Of a stretch of 64,000 nucleotides of DNA, positions 26,415 to 36,805 are shown piece after piece. The stretch's first letter is position 1; the number at the start of each line of letters is the position of its first letter. Origin of the DNA: Gaiellaceae bacterium (GTDB lineage Bacteria; Actinomycetota; Thermoleophilia; Gaiellales; Gaiellaceae); the NCBI GenBank assembly GCA_036271075.1, contig DATBBH010000164.1:3442-67441 (forward strand), written 5' to 3'. The translations under genes and the position numbers were made by a program. A model generated the notes under the pieces. It saw only the letters and a list, made by a program, of their open reading frames with translations. It searched no databases and had not been told where the DNA came from.

Positions 26415-26972
26415 TCAGACCTCCATGATCTCGGCCTCTTTGCGCTTCAGCAGGTCGTCGATCCTCGTCGTGTGCTCGTCCGTCAGTTTTTGCACGCGGC
26501 TCTCCGCCGCGCGTTCCTCGTCGTCACCGACGTCGCCGTTCTTGACGAGATCCTCGAGATGCTTGATCGCGTCCCTGCGCACATTGCGAACGGCGACGCG
26601 ACCCTCCTCGGCCATCTGCTTCACGAGCTTGACGAGCTCTTTGCGGCGCTCCTCGGTCAGCTGCGGGATCGGGAGGCGGATCAATTTGCCGTCGTTCGAC
26701 GGCGTCAGGCCCAGGTCGGACTCGAGGATCGTCTTTTCGATCTGTTTGATCGACGTCGGATCAAAAGGCTGGATCGTCAACATCCGCGGTTCCGGCGCGT
26801 TGATCGTCGCCAGGTTCTTGAGCGGCGTCGGCGTGCCGTAGTAGTCGATCGTGATCCGATCGAGCAATGCGGGAGTCGCGCGGCCGGTCCGCACCGAGTT
26901 GAAATGCTCGTGCGTCGCCTCGACCGACTTGTCCATTCGTCCTTGCGCGTCGCCGATGAAGTTCTCGATCAC
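26415..26972 (-). CDS. frr: ribosome recycling factor
   Basis: Full-length match to the RRF pattern (MDKSVE..F..VRTGRA.P.LLD.I.VDYYG..TPL...A.I...E.R.L.I.P.D). Confidence 0.97.
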   Translation of the reverse strand: MIENFIGDAQGRMDKSVEATHEHFNSVRTGRATPALLDRITIDYYGTPTPLKNLATINAPEPRMLTIQPFDPTSIKQIEKTILESDLGLTPSNDGKLIRLPIPQLTEERRKELVKLVKQMAEEGRVAVRNVRRDAIKHLEDLVKNGDVGDDEERAAESRVQKLTDEHTTRIDDLLKRKEAEIMEV

Positions 26973-27697
26973 CGTGCGTCTCCTTCGGGTGTAGAGATGA
27001 TGGTGCCTACGCGCTCCCCCTCCACCACTCTGCCGATAGTGCCTGGCGCGAGCTCGAAGACGTGGATCGGGAGTCGATTGTCCATGCAGAGCGAGAGGGC
27101 CGTCGTGTCCATAACTTTCAATCCTCGCTCGATTGCCTGCAAGTGGGTCAGCTCGCGGATCAGCTTGGCCTGCGGGTCTGTACGAGGGTCTCCGTCCAGG
27201 ACGCCCTCGACGCCGTGCTTCGCCATCAGAATCGCCTCGGCTCCAATCTCGAGCGCCCGCAGCGCAGCCGCAGTGTCGGTGGTGAAGTACGGGTTGCCCG
27301 TCCCCGCCGCGAAGATGACGACCCGCCCCTTCTCGAGGTGGCGCACGGCCCGCCGGCGGATGTACGGCTCGGCCACCTCCTGCACGTGGATCGCCGACAG
27401 GACGCGCGTATCGGCGCCGTTGCGCTCCAGCGCCTCCTGAACCGCCAGCGAATTCAGCACGGTGGCGAGCATGCCCATGTAATCCCCGGTCGCCCGGTCG
27501 ATCCCCTGCGCCGCCGCCGACATGCCGCGGTAAATGTTTCCGCCGCCGATCACGAGCGCTATCTCGAGCCCACCGGCGCGCACACGGACGAGCTCGCTTG
27601 CCAGCTCGTCGACCGTGTGTGCATCGAGCCCGAACTCGGCGGAGCCCATCAAGGCCTCGCCGGAGAGCTTCAGCAGGACGCGCTTGAAGGGCGCCAC
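26969..27697 (-). CDS. pyrH: UMP kinase
   Basis: [13 protein letters not shown]...[10 protein letters not shown]...[20 protein letters not shown]. Shares a 4-nt overlap with frr. Confidence 0.97.
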   Translation of the reverse strand: MAPFKRVLLKLSGEALMGSAEFGLDAHTVDELASELVRVRAGGLEIALVIGGGNIYRGMSAAAQGIDRATGDYMGMLATVLNSLAVQEALERNGADTRVLSAIHVQEVAEPYIRRRAVRHLEKGRVVIFAAGTGNPYFTTDTAAALRALEIGAEAILMAKHGVEGVLDGDPRTDPQAKLIRELTHLQAIERGLKVMDTTALSLCMDNRLPIHVFELAPGTIGRVVEGERVGTIISTPEGDAR

Positions 27698-28488
27698 CTA
27701 GGAGACGGCGTACCAGGCGTAGTCGAGGAGCTCGATCCCGTGCTCCTTCAGATACTGAGCGACGGTGCCGGTCGCCTCGTCCGCGCGATACCAGGTCTGC
27801 TCCGTCAGCACCGCCTCGCCGAAGAACCGCTTGTTGAGCTGCCCCTCGACGATCTTCTCCCGCACGTTCTCCGGCTTCGAGAGCACTTCATCCGACTTGG
27901 CCAGGATCTCGCGCTCGGCGTCGACGAGCTCCCGCGGAATCTCATCCCGCGTGCCGTACGTCGGCCGCGCGAACGTGAGGTGGAGCGCGAGGCTGCGTGC
28001 CGCCGCCGGGTCACCACCCTTGGTGCGCACGAGCGCGCCGACCTTGTTCGCCGGTGAGTGGACGTAGAAGGTCAGGTGCTCGTCACCCGACGCCTCCATT
28101 CGCTTCGCCCCGGCGACCTGGATGTTCTCACCGAGTTTCGCGGCCAAGGCCACACGTTCTTCCTCGAGCGACGCCGCGTCACCACCGTCGAAAACGGTTT
28201 TCAGGAGCTTCTCCGCATAGGCGAGAAAGTCCTCGTTGTTCGAGACGGGCTCGGTCTCGCAGCCGATCGCGGCGATCGCGCCGACGTTGTCGCGGACGAT
28301 CACGCCGACCTTGCCCTCGCTCGTCGCGCGGTCGGCGCGCTTCGCGGCGGACGCCATGCCCTTCTCGCGCAGGAGCTTCACGGCCTCGTCGAAGTCGCCC
28401 TCGGTCTCCTGGAGCGCGCGCTTGCACTCCATCATCCCGGCGCTCGTCGCGTCCCGCAGCTCCTTGACCATCGCAGCGGTGATGTCGG

Positions 28489-28492
<4 letters not shown>
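27698..28492 (-). CDS. tsf: translation elongation factor Ts
   Basis: [28 protein letters not shown]...A...LREKG. Conserved rpsB-tsf order. Confidence 0.97.
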
Positions 28493-29388
<896 letters not shown>

Positions 29389-29524
29389 GGGAGCCCCTTT
29401 CTCAGGTTTGGGTTGCGCTGCTCCGGCGAGCCCGCGGTGGAAGCCGGATGAGCTCCAGCCACCGTCCACCGAGGTGTTCCCGCCGGTCGAGGGAACTTGG
29501 ACGAGGTGAATGGTAGCCGCGAGC

Positions 29525-30388
29525 TCAGGAAAGCGCGCTGAGATAGGCGGCCAGGTCGGGCGGCAGCTCCGACCGGGTCTCGACCCGCGCTCCCGAGATC
29601 GGGTGCGGAAACGTCAGCTCCGATGCGTGCAGGAACTGGCGGCCGAGCGCCGCCTCGGGCACGCCGTACGTGGAGTCGCCGATCACGGGCAGGTCGACCG
29701 CCGCGAGGTGAACGCGAATCTGGTGCATTCGCCCGGTTTCCAGCGTCACTCGTAGGAGCGCATGCTCCGGCCAGAGCTCCATCACCTCGAAATGCGTGAT
29801 CGCTTCGCGCGCCGATTCGCTGTCGAGTGAGATACGCGTCGCATCGCCTCGGTCACGGCCGATGGCCGCCTCGATCCTGCCGGTCCGCGAACGGGGCCGT
29901 CCCTTGACCAGCGCGGTGTACGTCCGTTCGAGAGCGTGCTCGCGCACGAGCTCGGTCAGGAGCTCGTACGCCTCCTGCGTTCGGGCCACGACCATCAGCC
30001 CGGACGTGTCACGGTCGAGCCGGTGGACGATGCCGGGCCGCCCGGGCTCTCCGCCGGCGATCTTCCCGGCGAGCGCGTCGACGAGCGTGCCGCTGGCATG
30101 GCCGGCGCCCGGGTGCACGACGAGCCCGGCGGGCTTGTCGATTACGAGCAGGTGCTCGTCCTCCCAGACGATCGCCGGCTCCGCCGGTCGTGCGACCAGC
30201 GGGACCGGCACGGCGGCCGCGAGCTCGATCACCTCCCCACCCTCGAGCCGGAAGCTCTTGACGCGCGCGACGCCGTCGACGAGTGCCCCCGCCTCCACAG
30301 CACGCTCGGCGGCGCCGCGCGAGCCGAGCTGCGTGGCGAGGAAGCGGTCGAGCCGCTCGCCCGCCGCCTCCATGGGAACTTTGATCAC
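29525..30388 (-). CDS. rluD: RluA-family 23S rRNA pseudouridine synthase (RluD-like) with S4 domain
   Basis: RLDRFLA (S4 domain) and the catalytic [16 protein letters not shown] motif. Start is either the GTG at 30388 (GTGA overlap with the lspA stop) or the ATG at 30373. The 550-aa ORF-track entry is a read-through artefact. Confidence 0.85.
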   Translation of the reverse strand: MIKVPMEAAGERLDRFLATQLGSRGAAERAVEAGALVDGVARVKSFRLEGGEVIELAAAVPVPLVARPAEPAIVWEDEHLLVIDKPAGLVVHPGAGHASGTLVDALAGKIAGGEPGRPGIVHRLDRDTSGLMVVARTQEAYELLTELVREHALERTYTALVKGRPRSRTGRIEAAIGRDRGDATRISLDSESAREAITHFEVMELWPEHALLRVTLETGRMHQIRVHLAAVDLPVIGDSTYGVPEAALGRQFLHASELTFPHPISGARVETRSELPPDLAAYLSALS

Positions 30389-30948
30389 CGAGCTGCGACG
30401 TCGAGCGTGCGCCGCGGCGGCTTGGGCTTGCGGTCGGCGACGATGAGTGCTCCGAGCAGGATCGCGACTCCGACGACGATGAAGCTGTCGGCAAGGTTGA
30501 ACGCCGGCCACCACTTGAGGTCGATGAAGTCCGTCACGTGGTGCAGGCGGATTCGATCGACGAGGTTCGAGACGCTGCCGCCGATCAACAGGCCGAGCGC
30601 CGCGGGCAGTACCGGGTGGCGCGCGCCCGAACGCGCGAAGAAGACGAGCATCCAGATCACCGCGCCCGCGGTCACCGCGGTCACGATCACCGTTGCGCTC
30701 GAGAACAGCCCGAACGCAATGCCGGAGTTCTGAACGTGATGAATCGAGAGGGGCCCGATCACGTGGTCGGACTCGTCGAGCGCCAACGTGCTCGTGACGA
30801 CGTGCTTCGTCAACTGGTCGGCCACTACCGCGGCAAGCGCGACCGCCGCGAGGCCGGCCCATTGCCAGGCGCCCGCACCAAGCGACCGCTCTGCGACCGA
30901 AACCGGCTGCAGCCCGTTCGTCGACGAGCCAACTCTGACTTCGTTCAA
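30385..30948 (-). CDS. lspA: lipoprotein signal peptidase II
   Basis: ADQLTK...N.G.AFG...GG...NL.DR...V.DF...P.FN.AD motifs. I chose the TTG start at 30948, which overlaps the dksA-like stop. The start is uncertain. Confidence 0.85.
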   Translation of the reverse strand: MNEVRVGSSTNGLQPVSVAERSLGAGAWQWAGLAAVALAAVVADQLTKHVVTSTLALDESDHVIGPLSIHHVQNSGIAFGLFSSATVIVTAVTAGAVIWMLVFFARSGARHPVLPAALGLLIGGSVSNLVDRIRLHHVTDFIDLKWWPAFNLADSFIVVGVAILLGALIVADRKPKPPRRTLDVAAR

Positions 30949-31313
30949 CGGAGGCGGCGCGCGTCGTCGATGCAGAGCCGTGCCCATGGGATCGCGGACA
31001 AACGCTCTGCGCCGATCGGCTTGCCGCACACCTCGCAAACGCCGTAGGTCCCGTCCTCGATCCGCCGGAGCGCGGCCTCGATCTCGTCGAGCGTGTACTG
31101 CGCACCGTCTCCAAGGCCTTCGTCCAGCTCGCGGTCGTAGGTGGCCGTCGCCATGTCCGCCAGATGGTTGTTATCACCGCGACCTGTGAGCTCGCCGCGC
31201 TCTTCGACGAGGCTGCCTGCGTTCTCCCGCTCGAGGAATGCGACCGCGTCGAGCAGCCGTGTGCGCTCGGCCTCCAGAAGCTTCTTGAACTCGTCGGTCT
31301 GGCTGGTCGTCAC
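30945..31313 (-). CDS. DksA/TraR-family zinc-finger protein
   Basis: A coiled-coil N-terminal half plus a C-terminal CEVCGKPIGAERLSAIPWARLCIDD. The fourth ligand position reads Asp rather than Cys (CxxC-x17-CxxD). Confidence 0.8.
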   Translation of the reverse strand: MTTSQTDEFKKLLEAERTRLLDAVAFLERENAGSLVEERGELTGRGDNNHLADMATATYDRELDEGLGDGAQYTLDEIEAALRRIEDGTYGVCEVCGKPIGAERLSAIPWARLCIDDARRLR

Positions 31314-31600
31314 TCGGAATCCTTTCCGGCACCGCTCGCCCTGCTGAGCCGCTGCTCGATCTCGTCGTGGTCAAGGCCGGCCAGCGCGACGGTTTTGTCT
31401 CGTGACCCGTGCCCGGAGACGATTTCGACGTCTCGCGTGGATACCGCGAGGGTATCCGCGAGCAGCCGCACAACGGCGGCATTGGCCTTACCGCCCTCCG
31501 GGGCAGCGGTGACGCGCACCTTCCAGGCCGCTCCGTGGCGGCCGACGATCCCGGCCGAGGCGGCGCCGGGCGAGACCCGCAACTGCAGGCGAGAGCTCAC
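31310..31600 (-). CDS. DUF167 (YggU-like) protein
   Basis: 96 aa. L.VRV.P.A....I.G.......KV.V.A.P..GKAN.A...LLA..L.V....V.I..G..S..K pattern. Confidence 0.8.
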   Translation of the reverse strand: MSSRLQLRVSPGAASAGIVGRHGAAWKVRVTAAPEGGKANAAVVRLLADTLAVSTRDVEIVSGHGSRDKTVALAGLDHDEIEQRLSRASGAGKDSE

Positions 31601-31622
31601 ACCGGGAGCCTAGATGGTTGAT

Positions 31623-32216
31623 CTAGCCCCAGGCGAAGTCGCGGCCCGCCCACGGGCCCTCTTCCTCCGACTCCGGAACGGACACCGGTGGGAGCTTGGG
31701 GACCTCGTCCACCTCGGCCACGGCCTCTGGCTCCACGGCTTGGAACTCGCTGGTGTCCTGGCGATTCGGCCAGTGCTCGATCGAGCTTTCGCTCGCCGGG
31801 AGCTCCTGCTTCGTCTCCTCGACCATGCCGAGGGCGGCACGGAGCAACGTCTCGACGCGGCGCGCCTCGCCGAAGAGGCGCTCGCGCTCGCCTTGGGCGC
31901 CCCGGGTGACCGACCGCGCCTCCTGGTGTGCCTCGGCGATGATCAGCTCGGCCTCCTTGTTCGCCTGCTCCCTGGCGTCGGCCGCTGCGCGCTCGGCGGA
32001 GATCAGCGTCGCCGTCAGCAGCGCCTCGCGCTGCTTGACGTCGGTGAGGACCTGCTCGAGGTCCTCGACCTTGTCGGCGAGCTCACCCCGCTCGCTCCAG
32101 ACTTCCTCGAAGCTGTCGGCGACGTCCTCCAGCAGCTTGTCGATCTCGTGGCGCTTGTAGCCAAACAGGCCGCGCGCGGCGCGAACATGTCTGAGTTCAA
32201 CGGGTGTGTACCGCAT
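31623..32216 (-). CDS. divIVA: DivIVA-domain cell-division/polar growth protein
   Basis: MRYTPVELRHV.....LFGYKRHEIDKLLEDVADSFE... followed by a coiled coil. Confidence 0.9.
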   Translation of the reverse strand: MRYTPVELRHVRAARGLFGYKRHEIDKLLEDVADSFEEVWSERGELADKVEDLEQVLTDVKQREALLTATLISAERAAADAREQANKEAELIIAEAHQEARSVTRGAQGERERLFGEARRVETLLRAALGMVEETKQELPASESSIEHWPNRQDTSEFQAVEPEAVAEVDEVPKLPPVSVPESEEEGPWAGRDFAWG

Positions 32217-32228
32217 TCGAAGCTCCTC

Positions 32229-32513
32229 TCAGTGCAGGCGGTCGAGGACGGCGATCAGGATCCGCTCGACTGCGATCAACGCGAACACGGCGACCATCGG
32301 CGAGAGATCGAACGCCCCAACCCGGAACGGCAGGATCCGCCGCCACAGCCGGAGATAGGGCTCGCACACGTCGAAGAGGAAGCGCTGGACCGGCCGCAGC
32401 GAGTACGGCAGCTGCACCCAGGACGTGAGGATGTACGCGAGGATCGCCAGGATGTAAACGTCAAAAAAGACGTTCACGAACAACTCGACTTCGGAAACTG
32501 CGTCGAGCAGCAT
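32229..32513 (-). CDS. YggT-family membrane protein
   Basis: 94 aa with two hydrophobic segments. Conserved position between sepF and divIVA. Confidence 0.85.
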   Translation of the reverse strand: MLLDAVSEVELFVNVFFDVYILAILAYILTSWVQLPYSLRPVQRFLFDVCEPYLRLWRRILPFRVGAFDLSPMVAVFALIAVERILIAVLDRLH

Positions 32514-32544
32514 GGCGCACCCTTCGCGCCAGAAACCCCTTCTC

Positions 32545-33105
32545 CTACGCCTGGTTGAAGAAGCCGCCGCGTTCCAAGAGCGCGGCGCGTTGTTCGGCGG
32601 AGACCTCGACGTTGCGCGGCGTGAGCAGGAAGACCTTGTCGGCCACCCGCTGCATCCCGCCGTTCAGGGCGTAGGTCAGCCCGCTCGCGAAATCGATCAA
32701 CCGTTTCGACAGCTCGGTGTCGGCGTTCTGGAGGTTGAGGATCACGGGGATCCCCTGCTTGAACTTGTCGGCGATCTGCTGCGCGTCGTTGAAGCTGCGT
32801 GGCAGCACGAGATGTACCTTGACGCTCGACGGGTTCGGCACCGCTTCGATCTGAGGGCGCATCTCGCGAACGCGTGCGGGCCGCGAGGCAGCGCGAGGCG
32901 CCGGCTGATCGGCTTCGGACTCCGTCCAGTCGTCGAAGTCCTGCGAGCGCCGCCGGGGGGTCAGTCGGCGAACGTTCGGCCGCTCGCGGTAGGTCTGCTC
33001 GAGGCTCTCCTCGGCAGCGAAGCCGTCCTCGTCATCCCAGTCGTCGTCCTCCTCGGCGATCCCGAAGTAGACGAGCGTCCGGCTCCACAAGTCTCCTAGC
33101 GCCAT
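32545..33105 (-). CDS. sepF: cell division protein SepF
   Basis: N-terminus MALGDLWSRTLVYFGIAEEDD. C-terminal domain P.SF.DAQ.IADKFK.G.PVILNL......L.KRLIDF.SGL.YAL.G....V...VFLLTP. Confidence 0.92.
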   Translation of the reverse strand: MALGDLWSRTLVYFGIAEEDDDWDDEDGFAAEESLEQTYRERPNVRRLTPRRRSQDFDDWTESEADQPAPRAASRPARVREMRPQIEAVPNPSSVKVHLVLPRSFNDAQQIADKFKQGIPVILNLQNADTELSKRLIDFASGLTYALNGGMQRVADKVFLLTPRNVEVSAEQRAALLERGGFFNQA

Positions 33106-33117
33106 TTGCAGCGCATC

Positions 33118-33708
33118 CTAATCTCGAAAGAGGATCGACCCGACGCGAACGTGCGTCGCCCCTTCTTGGGCGGCCACGGCGAAGTCCTGCGTGGTGCCCA
33201 TCGACAGCTCCCGGAGGCCATGCTCCTGTGCCAGCTCGCGCAGCCGCGCGAACCATGCTCGCGAGTCGTCGGCACTCGCGGCTGCGGGCGGCATGGTCGA
33301 GAGACCACGCACGTCGTAGGCGAGATAGGCGGGGATCTCCCTGGGCTCGACTCCTGATTTCGACTCCTCGCCCGAGAGGTTCACCTGGACGAGCGCGGGA
33401 ACCTCGAGCCGGCTGGCCGCCGACTCCGAGTCGAGTGAGTGGACCAGGGCGCAGATGCGATTCACGACCTTGACCTTGTTCGACTGGAGATGGCCGATGA
33501 AGTGCCACGTGAACGCGTCCCCATACTCGGCGTGCTTCGCCTCGAGATCCTGCGCCCGGTTCTCGCCGACGATGGTGATGCCGGCCTCGACCAGCTGCGC
33601 CATGTCGGCGAGCGCGACGTACTTCGTCGCCGCGACGATTGTCACCCTCGGCCCGATCTCCGCCTGCACCCGCTCGAAGCGGCTGCGGATCTCCTCAGGC
33701 GACAGCAC
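33118..33708 (-). CDS. YggS-family pyridoxal-phosphate homeostasis protein
   Basis: VTIVAATKYV (PLP Lys), HFIGHLQSNK and LSMGTT.DF..A...GAT.VRVGS.LF. The GTG start at 33708 overlaps the pgeF end. The longer ORF-track N-terminus is Arg-rich and overlaps pgeF. Confidence 0.88.
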   Translation of the reverse strand: MLSPEEIRSRFERVQAEIGPRVTIVAATKYVALADMAQLVEAGITIVGENRAQDLEAKHAEYGDAFTWHFIGHLQSNKVKVVNRICALVHSLDSESAASRLEVPALVQVNLSGEESKSGVEPREIPAYLAYDVRGLSTMPPAAASADDSRAWFARLRELAQEHGLRELSMGTTQDFAVAAQEGATHVRVGSILFRD

Positions 33709-34378
33709 CGAGCACCCCCTGGGCGCCGCGCGCAGCGCCGGTTCGCCGATGCGAGAAGAACAGTTCCGGGTGACACCGCGTACAGAGGTTCGCGCGTTCG
33801 ATCGCATCGACACCTGACGCGCGCAGCGCCCGCTCGGCCGCGCTCCAGAGATCGAGCTTCCGGTCGGCGGTGAGATCCGCGTCGAACAAGGTTGCGACTT
33901 CGTCGCCAACCTCGTAGCAGCACGGTCCAATCGCAGGCCCGACCATCGCTGCTTTCGCGCCGGCACCGAGCGCGGCGACGGCCGCGGCGATCACACCCTC
34001 TGCCAGCCCGCGCCATCCCGCGTGCAGCACCGCGAGCGCCCGCCGGCCGTCGCGCCGTGCGATCGCGATCGGCAGGCAGTCCGCAGACATGGCGAGCAGC
34101 GGCAGCCCCGGCTCGTCGCTCCAGAGGCCGTCGCCCGGCTCCCCGCGCAGGCCCGCGCGGGCGTGGTGCACCGTGTGCGAATGCAGCTGCCGGTTGAACG
34201 CGAGCCGCTCGGCGTCCAGGTCGAGTGCGTTGCAGGCGATGCGGCGGTTCTCATCGACCAATGCCACCTGGTCGCCCGTCCCGCTCGTGAGATTGAGCGA
34301 TTCATAGGCACCGCTGCTCACGCCGCCCACACGGGTCGTGAACGCGACGATGTACCCGGGCTCCTCCCAGCGAATCAA
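33695..34378 (-). CDS. pgeF: peptidoglycan editing factor PgeF (YfiH/laccase-domain protein)
   Basis: FTTRVGGVS...YESLNL, ADCLPI and LHAGWRG motifs. Confidence 0.9.
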   Translation of the reverse strand: MIRWEEPGYIVAFTTRVGGVSSGAYESLNLTSGTGDQVALVDENRRIACNALDLDAERLAFNRQLHSHTVHHARAGLRGEPGDGLWSDEPGLPLLAMSADCLPIAIARRDGRRALAVLHAGWRGLAEGVIAAAVAALGAGAKAAMVGPAIGPCCYEVGDEVATLFDADLTADRKLDLWSAAERALRASGVDAIERANLCTRCHPELFFSHRRTGAARGAQGVLGAVA

Positions 34379-35832
34379 CCGGCGAGCTCCTTGGCCCGTT
34401 TGAGCAACGCCTCGCGCGTGTTCAGCGCCGGCTCGTCGACGACCTCGTGCAGCAGGGTCCTCAGCGTCTGCCCGATCGCCGGCCCCGGGACGTAGCCGAG
34501 TGCGATCAGGTCGTCGCCGCCAACGGCGAGGTCGGCGAGGCGGTGCGGGCTTCGCTGTTCCCTGCGCACGACCGCGCGGAACCGCTCCAGCTTCGCGAGG
34601 TCATCCCCGGACGGCTGGCCCTTGCCACGCAGGTCGGCCTCTTTGTGGTCGAGCAGGTCGAAGAGCAGCCCTGCGCCGTAGCGGGAGAGCAGCCTTCGTG
34701 CCCGCAAGGGGTCCGCCTTGCCTGGATCGATCATGTGGCTGCGGACGATGCGTACAACGCGCTTGCGCAAGTCGGTCGGATAGCGGAGACGGTCGAGGGC
34801 CTGCTCTGCGATTTGCGCGCTGAGCTGCTCGTGGCTCTTGTCCGAGAAGCCTTGCTTTGCGTAGTAGTGGAGCCGGCCGTCGGTGCCGCGCCACCCGACG
34901 AGTGGCTTGCCGAGGTCGTGGAACAAGGCCGCGAGGCGAACGCGCAATGGGAATCCAGCGTCAGCGGCCGCTTGCACGACCTCGAAAGTGTGCTCGTCGA
35001 CGGTCAGCGCGTGCGAGCGGCTTTCCTGGTCGAACCCGATCGCCGGCTCGAACTCGGGCAAGAAGTGAACGAGCACGCCCGTGTCGCGCGCGAGCCGGAG
35101 CGCCTTCGCCGGCTGGGCTCCGAGCAGCAGCTTCGACAGCTCCCCCATCCCGTCCGCCGCCAGCCCGCCGCCGATGCGTTCACCCGAGACGAGCTCGACA
35201 CTCGCCGCTTCGTCGCGCATCTGTGCAAGAGTGGCCGCCTCCGGCTCCAGGTCGAGCTGCGAAACGAACCGCAGGCCGCGCACAAGGCGCAGCGGATCCT
35301 CGGCAAAGCTCGACGGTGAGACGGTGCGCAGCGTCTTCGAGTCGAGATCAGCGCGTCCGCCGTACGGATCGACGAGTGTCTCGTCGGCGAGGCGTCGCGC
35401 CATGGCGTTCACCGTGAAGTCGCGGCGTGCGAGGTCCTCCTCGACCGTTGCGGCAGGGTCGATGACGATCTCGAAATCATGCCGCCCCGGTCCGGTCGAG
35501 ACCTCGCGCCGCGGCGGGGCGAGCTCGATTCCCGAACGCGCGAGCTTCCGCACGATCGGATCGCTCGGATAGAAGCGCACGCCGACGGAACGGCCTGCGA
35601 CGACGAGCTCCTCGGCGCGGCCGTGCGGCGCCAGCGCGGCGCGCAGACCCTCGATGTCCACTCCCGGGACGAGGAAGTCCGCATCCTTGGCATCGCTCCC
35701 CAGAAGCTCGTCGCGGACTGCGCCGCCGACGACGTACGCGTCCAGTCCGAGCGAACCAACATAGTCCTCAACCTGCCTAGACGAGGGCGATCGCCTCGAT
35801 CTCGACGAGCGCGCCCGAGGGAAGCTTGGCAA
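34375..35832 (-). CDS. cca: CCA tRNA nucleotidyltransferase / poly(A) polymerase family with HD domain
   Basis: AYVVGGAVRDELLG..., RRDFTVNAMA and FHDLGKP (HD domain). The only in-frame start candidate is TTG at 35832, which overlaps the ridA 3' end by 56 nt, so the start is uncertain. Confidence 0.85.
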   Translation of the reverse strand: MPSFPRARSSRSRRSPSSRQVEDYVGSLGLDAYVVGGAVRDELLGSDAKDADFLVPGVDIEGLRAALAPHGRAEELVVAGRSVGVRFYPSDPIVRKLARSGIELAPPRREVSTGPGRHDFEIVIDPAATVEEDLARRDFTVNAMARRLADETLVDPYGGRADLDSKTLRTVSPSSFAEDPLRLVRGLRFVSQLDLEPEAATLAQMRDEAASVELVSGERIGGGLAADGMGELSKLLLGAQPAKALRLARDTGVLVHFLPEFEPAIGFDQESRSHALTVDEHTFEVVQAAADAGFPLRVRLAALFHDLGKPLVGWRGTDGRLHYYAKQGFSDKSHEQLSAQIAEQALDRLRYPTDLRKRVVRIVRSHMIDPGKADPLRARRLLSRYGAGLLFDLLDHKEADLRGKGQPSGDDLAKLERFRAVVRREQRSPHRLADLAVGGDDLIALGYVPGPAIGQTLRTLLHEVVDEPALNTREALLKRAKELAG

Positions 35833-36163
35833 CCTCGACCGTCGAGCGAGCCGGCGGCGTCGATCCTACGTGGCTCGCATAGACCTCGTTCATGCCGGCG
35901 AAATCGTCGAGGTTCTGCAGGAACACCGTCGTCTTCACGAGCCGGTCGAGCGAGCTGCCCGCTTCCTCGAGGATCGCGCGCAGGTTCGAGAGAGCCTGCT
36001 GTGTCTGCGCCTTGATGTCGCCGGCCAGCAGATCCTTCTCTCCCGGCCGCAAGGAGAGCTGACCCGAGACGAACACGAAACCGTTCGCCTTGATCGCCTG
36101 CGAGTACGGCGCGCCCTGGAACGGTGCCGGCGCTGCTTCGGTGCGAACGGCTTCCTTCGTCAC
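35777..36163 (-). CDS. ridA: RidA/YjgF-family reactive intermediate deaminase
   Basis: APAP.G.YSQAIKANGFVFVSGQ......G.......QT.QAL.NL..IL...G......VK.T.FL...DF..MN.VY...........PAR..V.V..LP.GALVEIE. Confidence 0.92.
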   Translation of the reverse strand: MTKEAVRTEAAPAPFQGAPYSQAIKANGFVFVSGQLSLRPGEKDLLAGDIKAQTQQALSNLRAILEEAGSSLDRLVKTTVFLQNLDDFAGMNEVYASHVGSTPPARSTVEVAKLPSGALVEIEAIALV

Positions 36164-36687
36164 AGATCCTCCTTCAGCTCGGGTATGGGACGGCAGGCTT
36201 GGCCGAGCGCGGCGCCGACCGCCTTGAAGATCGCAGCGAGCACGTGCTGCGGGTCGGTGCCCTCGACGAGTCGAACATGCAGGTTCAGCCCGGCTGCAAG
36301 CGCGAGCTCGTTCAGAAAGCGCGAAGCCACATCGGTGCCGAGCCCTCCGACGCGCTGATCCGAGAAATCGACGTTCGTGACGAGCCTCGGCTCAGCCACG
36401 CGCTCCAGCGACGCCAGGGCGAGCGCCTCGTCGGCGGGAACGAGCGACCAGCCCCGGCCGGCGGCGTCGGCGGTCGCAAGTCGCTCGCCCAAGGCGGTTC
36501 CAAGCGTGTGGCCGGCGGCGACCACCGCCTCATCCGCTCCACCCGGAGCGACCTCGAGCGAGAGCTTGAACCGCCCCGCTCGCGCGAGCTCCGTCACCAG
36601 GTGGTCGAGCACAGGCAGACCGGTGCTGACGTTCGCAATGCCTTCGGCGGCCAACGCAATGCGCCCTCCGGTGGGGTTCTCGTCCAT
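36160..36687 (-). CDS. imidazoleglycerol-phosphate dehydratase-like protein with degenerate active-site motifs
   Basis: 175 aa, collinear with HisB/IGPD (GLPVLDHL...KLSLEV...LGTALGERL...PADEALA...VGGLGTD....FL..LA..AGLNLHV...G.D.QH.L.AIFKA.G.AL.QA). Both D-x-HH-x-x-E metal-binding motifs are largely replaced. The stop overlaps the ridA GTG (GTGA). Confidence 0.7.
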   Translation of the reverse strand: MDENPTGGRIALAAEGIANVSTGLPVLDHLVTELARAGRFKLSLEVAPGGADEAVVAAGHTLGTALGERLATADAAGRGWSLVPADEALALASLERVAEPRLVTNVDFSDQRVGGLGTDVASRFLNELALAAGLNLHVRLVEGTDPQHVLAAIFKAVGAALGQACRPIPELKEDL

Positions 36688-36805
36688 CGCGGCTGAGCGT
36701 ACCCGGTACGAGAACACCACTTGCAACGGTGGGCCGGGTGGCCTATTGGCGCAAGGGCAAACGGCGCCTAACGTGCGAGTGGGAGTTGGGATAGGAGAGG
36801 AGTTA

